DNA of 63,869 bases, the filler included, from Eremomyces bilateralis CBS 781.70 (taxonomy: Eukaryota): the NCBI GenBank assembly GCA_010015585.1. It is 5 parts of 4 records of this genome, joined end to end, with 100 filler letters (N's around TTAATTAATTAA, not from the genome) between each part and the next. Parts side by side here need not be neighbours in the genome. Positions count along the whole stretch, not along the records: positions 1 to 26,414 come from ML975193.1; 4 more parts are not named here. The stretch is one strand, 5' to 3'. The number at the start of each line of letters is the position of its first letter. Within the stretch, counting starts at the first letter, position 1. The notes beneath the pieces were generated by a model, which did not search any database, had not been told where the DNA came from, and was given only the letters and a program-made list of their open reading frames with translations. A program made the translations under genes and the position numbers. Positions 12,613-25,640 of this stretch are shown piece by piece.

Positions 12613-13958
12613 TCCGGCGCCCGCCTCTCGCGTCTTCAGCAGCGGCAGTGATCACCTTTCTCTCCGTATCTGCACCTTGGAAGCATTTTCCGCCAGACCT
12701 TATCCCAGTTCTCAGAACTGTTAAAGGTACGTATTCCTTCACCTAGAACGTCACCTATGGGTTCATTCTTAATTCCCTGTCACAGCATCGCTGGCATTTG
12801 CTAAAAGCTATGTCCTCGTCCATTTAAACCTTCACTGAGTCCCATCGGATATCTCAGCGCCCTAAAACCCGATTAGCAAGCGGGTCTCGAATGTGCGGAG
12901 TATTTCAACTAAGCCTTCGCACCTGTTCTGTAGAGAGGATATGATAAATCCTGACCACATTGGGATGCGGATATTTCAGCGGTGCCATGCACTTCCAAGT
13001 CCGAAGAAGAACGTCGACGATCCACCCTCTTAGACCTGCGAGATGCTCCGAGGACCACCTTACAGTTTAGAGACGCGAATGTTTCATTCCATCCTGGAAA
13101 GCAAAGGAGCGCGTTTGGACACTTCAGTACATCAAAACCAAGAATCCAACTGAGACCACCATTCCTGTCGTCAATTCACGGGGTCTTCGGTCTCGGGTCT
13201 GGCAACCTCCCAGCATGTGTTCTGGCACTATTCTAGCCACGTTCTGCACCCTCATCCTATTGCGCATTCAGAGCCGGTTGAAAATATAGGGGTGACTATT
13301 CAAAGAAGATTTTAACGGAAAACACGCGACCGGGAACCGTTCCTTCCGACGCATCAATCCACCGTTTCGGAAGCGAAGGCACCCCTCGCAAGTCCAAAAG
13401 TCCCAGTCCCAATATATCATCCCTCCCACATCCGCGAGCAGACCCCCCATATGCCTACTCCGGCATGGAGCTGGATAATTCTGGCTACAACATGCGTTTT
13501 CGAGGGCTCAATATTATTGAGCCACAAGGGTGGAAGACTGGACATACGGAGGTCCCAATGTCTAGGTTGAAGGCACGTAGAGAACTTTAGATAAATGGTG
13601 CCGCATGTGAGCGGAGCAGACGAGCCATTTAGATTGTACGTGAAGGTTGGAAGCGAGAGTGATCCTTTGCAGGTTCGGGGTAAACTAGCCACTGCTAGCC
13701 TATAGAATTTACAAAGCATAGGCTAGAATCTTGTAAATACAAATTATGCAGGGCTTGAACGTTCATAATCCATAATCATCTATCTTTTTGGGGCGTGAGG
13801 CTAGTGTTCCCTCTCTGTAGACGACCACTGCGGTATCCACAGGCTTTCCGAGATTTATGTCTTACACTCGCACTTCGTCTCGGGAGCAAGCCCCTGCGAA
13901 AATACAGTAGGGCACGACAGTTGGTTGCTGAGGTTCGTCTCATAAACGTCTCAAGCGC

Positions 13959-15440
13959 CTAGGTCTCGGCAGGCGGAGCACTCTTCCCTTTCTTCCCAAG
14001 CCACTCAAGTTTCCGCGGCTTCATGTATTGCTCCAACACCTCATCCGTCACCTGGGTGCGCCGTTCCTGGAACCCCTTCACATACGCCTGCATAAGATTG
14101 ATGCACTCCTTCTTCAGCTCACCCGTTAGCATCTCGCCCGATTTGTACGCCGCATAGATTTTATCCAGCTTCTCATCGTCGTCCTCGAAATACGTCAGGT
14201 ACTGATACGCAACATCGACATCCGGATTCCCCCCCAGCTCGCGATGCAGCTCTACGGTCTCCTGCCCGCCCGAAAACGCATACTTGTTGATCTTCTTCTG
14301 GATCTCCTTGGGCTTGTCGCTCATGAAGATGGCGCTGTTGGGGTTGGAGGCGGACATCTTGCCGCCGGGACCCTGGAGGGCGGTGAGGAACTTGGAGTGG
14401 ATGAGCGCCGGCTTCGGGGAGGGGTTCTTCATGCGCAACGAGTTGTCGCGGACGAGGCGGAAGTAGGGGTCTTGGTCAATGGCGCACGGGATCAGACATG
14501 GGATCGCGGCGGTTTTCTTGGACCGGATGGGGGAGTTGACGTCGTCACCCCAGATGAAAGGGTAGGAGGTTGCGAAGGCGGCCACGCATTGGAAATTGGG
14601 GAAGAAAATTCGGCCAGTGTTGGTGCTGGGGCAGTAGTTAGTAAAGGGGAAAACTGAGGAATCGTTCCATTGAAATTGGGATTTGCTCTCACCTGCCGTC
14701 GAACCCGAATGCTCCTCGAACCTGATTGAAGGGAATGAGTTTGGAGAACTCAAATGCATTCCAAAGCATATGCGACCCCCCATTGCCGTAGAACTTCAAG
14801 TCGCTGTAGATAAACGTCTTTTTGACATCAAACCCCAGCGCCAGAATATCCTTTGCGTTCTCTATAGAAAATTTCATGGTCTGCTCGATCGTCAGGTCTT
14901 CCCGGAACAGTGCCTTCTCATCATCCGTCAACATGATGACTAGCGGGACGTCGAAGACATCCTGCAGCCATTTGGTGAACTCGAACGGGATGGTGTGGCC
15001 GATGTGGATGTTGTCGCTACTCGGGCCCCGTCCGGTGTAGAGGAAGAAGTCCTTCCCCTTCTCATACGTGTCGAGGATTTTATCCAGGTCTCGATGACTG
15101 AAGAACAGCCCCCGACGGAGCCAACGGTGGGGTCGATGTCCCGTCACTCGTTCGAATCGCTCGAGGATCGCCTGGTCAATGAGCTTCGTATTCCATTTTC
15201 TGTCACATGGTTGGTCAGTTATAGGGTCGCATCGGGATTTCTCAGGAGTTCGCACTTGGAAATGGCCGGGTAGTCGAACGCGAGAACATTGCCTTCGGCA
15301 TCTTGCCCTGCACTGACGGACCACGGGTCGATTTGCTGCTCGACAGCGCCGGCGGCCGGTGCCTCTGAAGTACCAGCAATTGAAAGGCCTGCGACAGAAG
15401 GGGGCTCCTCCCCGGCTATAGCGGAGTTCTTGTCGGCCAT
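13959..15440 (-). CDS. WRS1: Cytoplasmic tryptophanyl-tRNA synthetase (2 introns)
   Basis: LYTGRGPSS, HIGH, AIDQDPYFR, KMSAS and KINKYAFSGG. Confidence 0.96.
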
Positions 15441-15895
15441 GGCGGTCGTTAATATTGGAAATCGCAGTGTTTATCCATAGAGCTCAACTATCATCAGGTG
15501 GATATGAGGGACAGTGGGAATGAGTCAGGTATAAATCCTGTCTGGGTGGGGTACCAGGATATCATGACTTAATAATAGCCACCAGCCATCTAGAAGCGAC
15601 ACAACCGCAAAACAAGGCTCAACATTTATTATACCATCCTAACTTGATCAAATACAAATCGAAATCTTACACTTGATGCTCAATCGCCTAGTCGACGTTC
15701 AGCTGCTCTAAACGCGGATTGGGACTATCAGCGACTCCTGGTGCCTGACGGCCTAGTTGCCTGTCAACCTCCGACTGCGACGTCCAGACTGGACGCATAA
15801 TTCATGGGTACTATTGATATGCTATTGTCAGAAACAAGAGCCTAATAAATTTATCAATGAATCCATCAAGTCGGACCGATTAGAAGTACGTTATT

Positions 15896-17407
15896 ATGGC
15901 CGATGGTTTCCTGGAGCTTATTGCTCCAATTCTTGAAGAATCGGGAGACGAAAGGAGCGATGATCTGTCAAGAGAATACTTAAGCCATTTGACATCCCTT
16001 TCGATATCGGATCTTCTAACGGACGAGCCGGAGTCGCTTTTGCATTCAGGCCAAACCATCCTCCGCTCATTGCAAGCTCTTTCACGGCGGACGTACAAGT
16101 CAAGTGTACGGTCTGTCGAACACCTTGACCGCTTTAAGAGTTCGCTCCCGACCGTCAAGAACAGCGCGTCTGCGGTTCAAGATGCCCTACCCTCCCTCGA
16201 GAGCGCATCCTCTCAATTTTCAAGCAAATACGCACGGTCACCCGAGAATCCTGTACTTCTCAGAAGACAGGAAGCTTTAAATTTATACGAAAACGCGTCG
16301 CGGATCTCGGATATCCTCGATCTCCCTGCGCTGCTTTCTTCTATCATCTCGTCATCCTCTGCAAATGCATCCTTTCAACCCTCCCAGCGTACACCTGGCG
16401 GCGCTACGCAAACGACACCCTCCATCACGAGTGCCAATATATCATACGCCTCGGCCCTAGACCTCCATCATCACATCAAGCGTCTTTCTACGTTATTTCC
16501 CGAGTCTAGCTTAATAGGATCCATGACCCTCGATGCAGACCATGGAATGAACATGATGAGCACATATCTGCTCACTTCTCTACGTTCTCCTAACCTGAAA
16601 CTCACTGCGGCCATGCGTACCATCGGCTTGCTAAGACGCGTTGCTCCGGAACTCGAATCTGGGACCAGCGGCTTCTCGTTCGGACGACCATCTGATGAAG
16701 TCGGCAAACTTCGAGGCAGCGGAGGGGAAGGAAGCCTGGGGGCCATCTTCTTAGTGTGTCGGACGATGTGTCTCATCGACATGCTCGAAGCTCTCGCGCC
16801 ATTACGCGACCTAGCCGACCAGGAGACGTCCGCTCGCAAATCCCAGGAGCCAAGAAAGGGTCCGGAGCGGCAGGAACGGTGGTCGGAAGGGCAGCAAACG
16901 GAGCGGTACCTAAAACGATACCTGGAGATCTTCCGGGAACAGAGTTTTGCCATCATCTCGATGTACCGGAACATTTTCCCGGGCGAACTCCCCGTCCCGC
17001 AAGCCGAGCGAGCGAGCAGCGGAGCCGAGGTGGGCCGTCCGGGCCAGACGATAGCGTCATCCGAAGGGAGCGAACTCCCGTCAGCGCTTTCGACATTTCC
17101 GATGCATCTGGTGTCGATGCTCATGGAGACCTTGGAAGAGTATCTACCCAACGTACAAGACCGCGCGTCCCGCGAGAGCCTTCTAACCCAGGTGCTGTAC
17201 TGTGCGGGCAGCCTGGGTCGGCTTGGCGCTGATTTCGGCATGTTACTGGCCTTGGTGGAGGAAGACTCGAGAGAGGACGAGGAAGACGCGGACGAGGAGA
17301 GCGAATGGGAATGGGTTGAGACAGTGAAGAAGCATAGAATCCAGGCGAGCAGGCTGGAGCTCCTGGCAAGCGGAGTCGGCACGACAAGGCAGGTGGGACG
17401 AGCTTGA
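15896..17407 (+). CDS. COG8: Conserved oligomeric Golgi complex subunit 8 (Dor1 family)
   Basis: DILDLPALL, YASALDL, AMRTIGLLRR, YLEIFREQSFAIISMY and LLTQVLYCAGSLGRLGADF. Confidence 0.9.
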   Translation: MADGFLELIAPILEESGDERSDDLSREYLSHLTSLSISDLLTDEPESLLHSGQTILRSLQALSRRTYKSSVRSVEHLDRFKSSLPTVKNSASAVQDALPSLESASSQFSSKYARSPENPVLLRRQEALNLYENASRISDILDLPALLSSIISSSSANASFQPSQRTPGGATQTTPSITSANISYASALDLHHHIKRLSTLFPESSLIGSMTLDADHGMNMMSTYLLTSLRSPNLKLTAAMRTIGLLRRVAPELESGTSGFSFGRPSDEVGKLRGSGGEGSLGAIFLVCRTMCLIDMLEALAPLRDLADQETSARKSQEPRKGPERQERWSEGQQTERYLKRYLEIFREQSFAIISMYRNIFPGELPVPQAERASSGAEVGRPGQTIASSEGSELPSALSTFPMHLVSMLMETLEEYLPNVQDRASRESLLTQVLYCAGSLGRLGADFGMLLALVEEDSREDEEDADEESEWEWVETVKKHRIQASRLELLASGVGTTRQVGRA

Positions 17408-19054
17408 ACTTTACTCTCACAATTCTTCGATTCACAATCTCGATGCTTACCCCGACATCATGGCACTGCCCGATCGGAAATGCGAAACGGGATCATGGGA
17501 AAAACGGCCTCCATTCATAGTCTTTTACCCGCTGGAGTGAACTGTAGCGTTTCGACCGACCTTGTCGGGCCCAAGGTCGTACCAAGCACGGGTACCGACG
17601 AATCAGAGATTTGCTTAGCGGTATGCAGTGGATATGCATTGTGTAGCACTATTGACAAGTCGCTTCGTAACTCTAATTCGTTGATCGCGTGAGAAATCTA
17701 GATAAGGTTATGCCTCGGGTTCTGCCGAGCTGCCGCGCCTCGAGTGGATTAGGGCGTCATCGACTATGCGTCAAGACGTAGGCGAAGCTGGTCGCATGCC
17801 GATGCCATGAGGTATCATCTCGGACTTGCTAGTACTCACGCTTCTAGAGAGTACAAACTTGGAATAACGTAGCCTAGCAGTGTCTCGAGGATATGAGCTG
17901 TACCTGTGGTTTTCTTTTGTTCTTAGGGGCGTGCTATGTACTTCGAAGGTGGCAAGCCATTTGGCGCAATGGAACGGTCTCGACAAGTCGATAATAGACG
18001 AAGTCTGATAGCCCAGGTGATGGTATGAGGCCCTTCAGAGTCCAGACCGACTAGGCGGGCTCTGGAGGGGGGCCACGTGGGGGCCCAGGGAGGTTCAGGG
18101 GCAGGGGGATATGACCCTTAGGCTTCAAGGCACCCACGATAGATCTGTAGCATCCTTCTTGACTCCACATTCTAGACGACAATGAACTTGACGACCGATT
18201 GCAACGTCCATCTAATCTTCAATATGGCATCTACTCGCATTATTACATCGGGCCATGGCCACCATGCCGGACACTTTACATATTATCCCGAGCAGATAAG
18301 AAAAGCTAGGACCGTGGGAACTAGGAAGTAATATGGAAGGCGGAAGTGGCGGAAGTGGTCAAGTCGAGACCATATTATCACACAGACCACTCGACCCCTG
18401 GCCCAGGGCCTGGCATATCTGCAAGAGAATATCGAAAATCTGCCCCTTTTCGGCCTTATCACGCCCAGCCTGGTCACTTCGCTAATGTTGTAGTTTTGTT
18501 CTGGCCTTCTAGGACTCGGGGCCAGCCGCAAGGGAATGAATAGCACCGAGCACGCCACATGGGAGCTTTTTGTGGTCGCTTTGCCTGCCTGGGTCGCTGC
18601 TCTCGCTAAAGTTGCGCCCCGAATTCTCCAGTTTAGCTTCATGCTCTGCCGGTTCGCGTCTCTCATCCTACCATTCATTGCGGTTGGTCATTTGCCGCCT
18701 TCTACGCCTGGTAAACAAGGAGCATGCGTGACATTCTAGATCTTCTATCTGCGGAATGTGGATAATCTTTTGGGGAGCATATCTTTGCCCATGTGTCGTA
18801 ACTTCGTCGCGTCTTCTGCGTCGTTAGTTTGTCGAGAATGAGCCACTTCGAGTTTCGACTGATCGGGGCCTCCACCAAGCGCATCATTTAGAAGGACTAA
18901 AAGACCTTCTCGCCGTCTTCGTCCTCTATCACTTGCGGTCCTGGTGGAGGATCGGTTACAGTCTTGTCTTTTCTGGTGGGAGTCATTCGCTTTTGTCCTA
19001 AAGTCTTCATTCTATCTAGTCCTGTCCCCATTCTGCTTCACGATCCTGTTCATT

Positions 19055-22000
19055 ATGGTGCCTAAACGGTTCGCACAATGGCTAACCTTGATGTCACTCG
19101 GCGTTCACATTACTGCGTTACCAACTTGGCCGGCTGCCATCGACGAGTTCGAGGAGATTATGTATCAGCTAGTGGGCTATAAAAAACGAGGTTTCGCAGA
19201 AGAAGTCACACCATGTGGCTTTAGTAGGGAGGGTCTGGATCGAATGGCGTCCTCGGAATGGATCAGAACCGCGTTCCACGATATGGCGACCGCCAACGTC
19301 TTCGGCACCTCTCCGACTCCTGGCGGTATCGACGCTTCCATTATGTTCGAGCTGGATCCGAGGGGCGAGAACACCGGGAAGGCATTCAATACGAGCTTGA
19401 CGACATATAACAATTTCTTCACCAGCAGGGTTTCGATGGCCGACCTGATTGCGCTTGGTGTATTTGCCGCTGTGAGAAGTTGTGGAGGACCGGCGATCCC
19501 CATGAAAACAGGTCGTATCGACGCTTCCGTAGCTGGATCTATTGGAGTTCCACAGCCGGGGAATAGCCCCCTGACCTTCCAAGGCCAGTTTCAACGCATG
19601 GGTTTCAACCAATCCGAGATGATTGAAATGGTGGCCTGCGGTCATACTGTCGGTGGTGTCCATGGGAGCAATTTTCCAGATGTCGTCCCACCAGGATCCG
19701 CACCTTTCGACTTTCAGCGCTTCGACAATACCGATGTCTTCGATTCCAAAATTGCTTCAGATTTCGTCAGCGGTACCACCGTTGATCCTCTCGTCGTTGG
19801 TCTATCGGCAGGGCAGAGAGTCTTGAAGAACTCCGATACGAAAGTTTTCACTATCGATAACAACGTGACGATTACGAGGCTGGCAAATCCGGCACAGTTC
19901 GAGAGCAGCTGTAAACGCATTCTGGGGAGAATGGTCGATACGGTTCCACCTACAGTAACTCTCTCCGCACCAGTCGAGCCATACGAGGTCAAACCGATCA
20001 AGCCACAACTCACACTTCAGGATGGTGGTGTTTCAATTCTGTTTTCGGGAGAAATCCGCGTCAGAACAACCAACAACACAGTCGCTGTGGTCCAGATCTC
20101 CTACAATGATAGAACAGGAGGATCCGCCGGTACGATTTCCACTAAATATGTCGGGACCGGACGTGGATTTGATGACACATTTGATGTATGTGGACCACTG
20201 TGCTGCATTTCTCATTCGCAGCTAACAACATGCCAAACAGTTCTTTTCCTTCTCTAAAAACCTCTCATCTACTGGATCCATCTCGTCGTACACTGTCGAT
20301 GTGACGTACACCAGCGGCTTAACCGTAACATATGATAACAATGGATCGGGTTATCCTATTCGAGACACCATAATGCTGCAAACACCACAGAGCTGCATTG
20401 TTGGTGGTACTTTGACTGCCGTGGCAGCTGTTCGCGGTATTTCTGGAGCTCCTATCCTTGCGCTGTCCTTGAAGAACCCTCTCAGCGTGGCCGGTGGCTA
20501 TACATTCTCTAGCCTGGGTACCGAATCTGTGCCGATGACAGCCGGCTCTACCATTGGCCCGTACATCCTGTATACCGCATCGTACGCCCTAACCGGAGAC
20601 CAAGCACCAAATACCAAGTTTGAGGTTGCAACAGGTAGCTCCACGGATTCATTCAAGGACACTTCAACCCTCCCAACTACCTGCAAGCCACTTGGGGCTT
20701 CTCCACCGAGCGACACACCCACTCCAGGATACACATATCAAGGCTGTTTTACCGACGACGCTGGTTCTCGAGCCTTCAACAGTGGCTACATTGCCGGTGC
20801 GGATACGATTGTAGAGGGTTGTGCCGCATTCTGTTCGAATTTCCAATTCTTCGGTATTGAATACGGTGCCGAGTGCTACTGCGGCAACACCCGAGCAGCG
20901 TCGAGCCTTCTGGCGGCCGCGTCGGAATGTAATATGCCGTGTGGTGGCGACCCGTCCGAAATCTGCGGCGGCAGTAACCGGCTATCCGTATATAAAAACG
21001 AGGAGTACGCACCCATGATCAATCCCGACGTTGCCGGCTATAGTTACGAGGGTTGCTGGACCGATTCACCCACGAGATATCTGTCAGGAAGCGCCACGGC
21101 AGGAGATTCGATGACAGTGCCCTCATGCGCCGGGTTTTGCGACGGCTCAAACTATTTCGGCGTTGAGTATAGTCGGGAGTGTTATTGCGGCTCTACACTG
21201 TCGGCTGAGAGTGTCAAGCAGCCCGAGACTGACTGTAATATAGCATGCGCAGGTAATGGCACGACATGGTGCGGTGCGGGCAATCGGTTTAATCTTTACA
21301 AGAAGACGACATCCAGCACATCTTCGGTATCATCAGGGTCTTCAACGGTATCCTCGTCGAGTTCAACGGCTTCTAGCTCGTCTTCACGCGTGTCAAGCTC
21401 GACGTCCTCTAGTGTACCCATTCCAAGCGGGCCTAGTGTGCCTGGGTGGACGTATGTCGGTTGTCTGACGGACTCCGTGGCGAATCGGATCCTCTCCGCT
21501 GCCATTGCCTTCCCCCCCATGATGACCTACCAATCCTGCGCCACCTTCTGCGCCGGCTACACATATTTCGGTGTTGAATACAGTGGAGAGTGCTACTGCG
21601 ATGACTCCTACCAGACCTCCTACAATACTCGCCCCGAGAGCGAGTGCGACATGCCCTGCCTTGGTGACGCCACCCGGCATTGTGGTGGATCCAACCGAAT
21701 GGATGTCTTCCAAGTTGGCGCCTTGAGTGGCAGTTCCTCAAGCTTAACATCATCCTCAGCTACCTCCATTAGCTCGACCGCCTCATCATCAGCAAGCTCG
21801 TCGCCCACATCTTCATCCTCATCACCCACCGCGTCACCAACTAGACCCGCGAATCCCCCAATCACTGGGTGGTCCTACAAAGGTTGTTACACCGACTCCA
21901 TCGGGGACCGCGCCCTGGCCGGCACATACTACTTCGACGAGGAGCTCACAGTACAAAAATGCGCCACGTTCTGTGCTGACTACACGTTCCTCGGTACCGA

Positions 22001-22157
22001 GTATGGTGGAGAGTGCTACTGCGGCGACACGCTTGGGGGTTCGGGCACCGGTGGGCAGGAGGCACTGGAAGCTGATTGTAGCATGACGTGCAAGGGCAAC
22101 TCGGGGCAGAAGTGCGGTGCTGGATATAGGGTGAGTGTGTATGAGAGAGATTTATAA
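19055..22157 (+). CDS. Secreted heme peroxidase-like domain fused to four WSC domains (1 intron 20186-20240)
   Basis: Signal peptide, WIRTAFHD distal and ACGHTVGGVH proximal His motifs, then four GC..D..R / C..FC / G.EY..ECYC / C...C.G....CG WSC repeats with Ser/Thr linkers. Confidence 0.9.
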
Positions 22158-22582
22158 GGGTTACCCGGTGGGTTACGCAGTTTTGATTTTGGACCAAGAT
22201 ATCCTTAAGGTAAGGCTAAGGAACCTCTATGGGTATTGCAGTATCATAGATCATTCGATATATACTGTGGTGCGTTCGCTAGGAGCCCTAGCAGAAAAAG
22301 AGCCTATTCTTCTTTTCAATAATCATGCCTTTATATCCAAACTCGAGCAGAGAGATCAATGGTTGGAAAGCGGTGGAAGAGCAAAATCTCGTGTGACACC
22401 GCTTATCCTTCGCTGACTGCACCATACTTTGTCACCGGCAAAGCCAAGACATTGCTTTGCTCGTTAACTTCGTGATTTGTATCGTTTCTTGAAAAGAGAG
22501 AAGAAGTATTCCTACTAATACCAGCCAACTGGCGAGCAGTTTCGGTGACTGCCATTGAATCGTTCAAGTGCCTCCCACTCTC

Positions 22583-23938
22583 CTAATACCAATCCTCGTC
22601 TTCATACATTTCCCCTCTGGAATTGCCATGAGTCCAATAATTGCTACCAGTCTCCACCACACAACTCTCTGCCGTGTTTCCATCCACGGCCACATTACAG
22701 TCAACCTTTACATTCTTGTTCTCCATCCACGGTGGCGAATAGAGCGGGCCATCCCAAGATCGGCTCCAGTCACCCACCCAGAACGTCACCCTTTCCAATT
22801 CGTCCCCGAGTTTCTTGCTGCGCATGAAGTCAAATACTTCCTGGGCTGTCGTCTCGTTGACGTACGGTTGGCGAAACTGCGCTTCATCGGCGCATCTGTC
22901 GTCGTCGTCGAGATAGGGTCGCCAACCGTGCTTGATTTCGTTCTGCCGGCGGCATTCACTCGTAATATCCAGCCACATGTCAAGAGTACGCAGTGCAGGG
23001 ATCCCAGCGATAGCGGAGAGGGACTCGAGTGGCCAGGTACCGTTCCGATGGAGGTTGAGGGAGAGGTGATGGAGATGGGGCGTTTGTTGAAGATGCTCAA
23101 TCTCGACGGCAGGGAAGACAATGCCACTGCTACCCTTGACCTCGACTGAGTGGACGTCAAGATGGAGAAGAGACTGGCCGTGGGTCTTGACGATGGTCGG
23201 CAGGATGCTGTCGTGTGGAACGGAATCATAATTGCCTGTCCAAGTGAAGTTTGTCAGAGCGACGCCGTTATCTGCCAGCTCTTCGAGGGCCTGGATGGTG
23301 CGGTTGGCTTGCCCGCCCTTCAACAGCAGGCGCTTCAGTCCCGTAAGGGACTTGGTGGCCTTGTTGAAGAAGTGGGTATAGTTAACACGGCGGTCCGCTA
23401 ATGCTAGCTCTTCTACCTTTCCCCAGTCCATGGCATCGAGCCAGAGATCAAGGTTATCTTTTTCTCGCTGTTCTTTACGAAGGATTTGGAATGATATCTG
23501 CTTAAAAACTTTCCCGGAAAATACCCAATCAGTCCATCTCACCCACAATGGCATCCACTCCAAGTGGTTACGCATGTCATTCCGCTCGCTTTGATCGAAT
23601 TCGTATTCTTCAAGATGGAGAGTTCGTAGATTCGGATACCTCTCGTTTCCGGAGAGTGCAAAAGGGAAGGACCAGCGATCCGGCCACTCGCTGCAACCGA
23701 GAAGCGTAACTCGGAGATTCAGTGACGTGATGTTTGGACACGTTATAAGAGCTTGGTGGACGCCGGACATGGTGAGAAAGATAGGTTTCTTCTCATCTCC
23801 TGGCATAATTCTGTCGGAGCCTGGAATCCTGGCTTTGATAGAGGACGGACATGAGTCGCCTGGGCGCCATGCGCGGCAGAGGGCCGTAGGTAGCAGTAGA
23901 GAGACTAGGATAATGCTGATGAGCCTCGGGAAACGCAT
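22583..23938 (-). CDS. Uncharacterized secreted protein with LRR/RNI-like leucine periodicity
   Basis: Open ~451-codon ORF from MRFPRLISIILVSLLLPTALC (signal peptide), with repeated L..L.L motifs (PNLRTLHL, GLKRLLL, SLLHLDV, ALRTLDM). Confidence 0.7.
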   Translation of the reverse strand: MRFPRLISIILVSLLLPTALCRAWRPGDSCPSSIKARIPGSDRIMPGDEKKPIFLTMSGVHQALITCPNITSLNLRVTLLGCSEWPDRWSFPFALSGNERYPNLRTLHLEEYEFDQSERNDMRNHLEWMPLWVRWTDWVFSGKVFKQISFQILRKEQREKDNLDLWLDAMDWGKVEELALADRRVNYTHFFNKATKSLTGLKRLLLKGGQANRTIQALEELADNGVALTNFTWTGNYDSVPHDSILPTIVKTHGQSLLHLDVHSVEVKGSSGIVFPAVEIEHLQQTPHLHHLSLNLHRNGTWPLESLSAIAGIPALRTLDMWLDITSECRRQNEIKHGWRPYLDDDDRCADEAQFRQPYVNETTAQEVFDFMRSKKLGDELERVTFWVGDWSRSWDGPLYSPPWMENKNVKVDCNVAVDGNTAESCVVETGSNYWTHGNSRGEMYEDEDWY

Positions 23939-24751
23939 GATTGCAAAGTAGATGTGAGCAACGCTGGACGCGACAAAACGTTTGACGATATTTCTACTTG
24001 AATGACAGCACTTGGCGGTGGCTGAATTTGAGAATGATGTTGACTGCGTAAACTCAATGAGATGAGTGTGTGGTGGTAGGTGTATTCCATAAGTGGCTAA
24101 TGGGCGAACGCTAACTAAGTTAATCAATCTAATATTAAATGGTCACTCCTCCCCTCAGCGTTAATGTCTGTGGTAGAGAACACATATCACAGATATTTGC
24201 CAGGTGCAACAATTTGGTGGAGGATACAGCATCATGTTCGTTATTCTGTGGAATTTCGACTCCCCATCCTGATCATGAAACGTGGCATCAGTATCAGCAA
24301 GGCAACGCTGAGCATTAACTATCACCGTCACCAGGCAACAGCTCAGCGGACCCCAACTCGGGAAGGTTTTAAGCTGGAGGATCGGTATCCATGTCATGAT
24401 GTTGTGAGGAACGATATACAGGTGTGGGGTGACTGGAGGATCCGATGCAGAAGAGTGAGCGTGTGGGCACAATGGTAGGACTATTAATACAAGGGAGTCG
24501 AGCATAGGCACTAATTATGTAAGAATAATATTCCGTCCTCTCTTCTTCCTCTTCTTCATCTTTCGTTTGCACCGATACTAGGTAGCTCATTAGTCCATAG
24601 ACCCTGACGATCGAGACCTCCAGGATTGGCCCTGGACACTGCTGCTTACCTAATCGGACGACGGTATAGCAGAGCGATCGGCGAATGCATGCCGGTCAAA
24701 GGTTTCTGGAGGCGAGAGAATAGGTAAAGAAAGCAGAGGTTGTGATGGCCT

Positions 24752-25285
24752 CTATAAGCTGGTCGTTCGGGGTGTGATGAAGAGTGCCTTTCCGGATGCG
24801 AGAATCCGTCCATCGCTCTCAAGGCATGCCCGAACCCAGACCTTTCGGCCAGATTTCTCAACGGCCCAACCTCGACACAAGACAACTCCTGGGGTGTCGA
24901 TAGGTTGTTTATAGTCTACCGTCATGGTAGCCGTGGCCGGTGGCAGACCGCCGAATAACTGAAATGCAACCGATCCAGTCATTTGATCCATTAGCAATGC
25001 ACTGAACCCTCCATGTGCTCGACCTTTCTTCCCATCAAGACCGTCGCCTATGGAAAGCAAAAAGCAATGCTCGTAAGGAAGAATCGAGTCAGCCTCCCGT
25101 GCTGGTCTTTTGAAATTGATCTGTGCACGAATCCCATAGTTGGTATAGAGGGTACGTGCAAACATGGAGTTGGAGGCTTCTTCGCTCGAAGGTTTGGCAT
25201 TGCGTCTGGCAATCTCGACAGCCTGGATGTTTGAGTTTAACAGGTCTCTGCACCACGGCAGATGAAAATCCGAGTGAATGTCCAT
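24752..25285 (-). CDS. HotDog-fold (PaaI/THEM4-like) thioesterase
   Basis: GRAHGGFSALLMDQ, TATMTVDYKQPI and GRKVWV...LASGKALFI. Confidence 0.85.
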   Translation of the reverse strand: MDIHSDFHLPWCRDLLNSNIQAVEIARRNAKPSSEEASNSMFARTLYTNYGIRAQINFKRPAREADSILPYEHCFLLSIGDGLDGKKGRAHGGFSALLMDQMTGSVAFQLFGGLPPATATMTVDYKQPIDTPGVVLCRGWAVEKSGRKVWVRACLESDGRILASGKALFITPRTTSL

Positions 25286-25571
25286 TGGGAATATATGAGC
25301 TGCTGACTATGTCATAATTGATAGTAAAGATACATGAGACATAAATAATTAAGGTTGAAAAGAGGGCGGAGAGTGGTTACCGGCACATCTCGGTAAAGCT
25401 ACAGTGTACGGTAGAGAACCGAAGGGGAGATGCCGAAACTCTATTTAGATCCTTTTAGATCTTAATGTCACAGTGCTATTTTAGAGGACCATGAATATGG
25501 AGCACTATAGTAAAATAGTTGGTATTTGACTAAACGAAAGATGAAGAAGGAGAATAGGAACCGAAACGGAG

Positions 25572-25625
25572 TGTGATGGATCAGCGGTCTATAGACCTGG
25601 ATGCCTTGTGGCCTTGTGGCCCGTT
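25572..25625 (+). mobile_element. Truncated copy of the 172-bp LTR family
   Basis: TGTGATGGATCAG...GCCTTGTGGCCCGTT matches the first 54 nt of the solo LTRs at 41999 and 52606. Confidence 0.8.
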
Positions 25626-25640
25626 CAGGTTCTAGTTCAG

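Noticed and set aside
12700..13900. Possible gene remnant between MED7 and TrpRS
   Set aside because: Only short ORFs with no identifiable domain.
16471..17382. Long antisense ORFs over COG8 and other GC-rich genes
   Set aside because: Shadow ORFs explained by codon bias of the sense genes.
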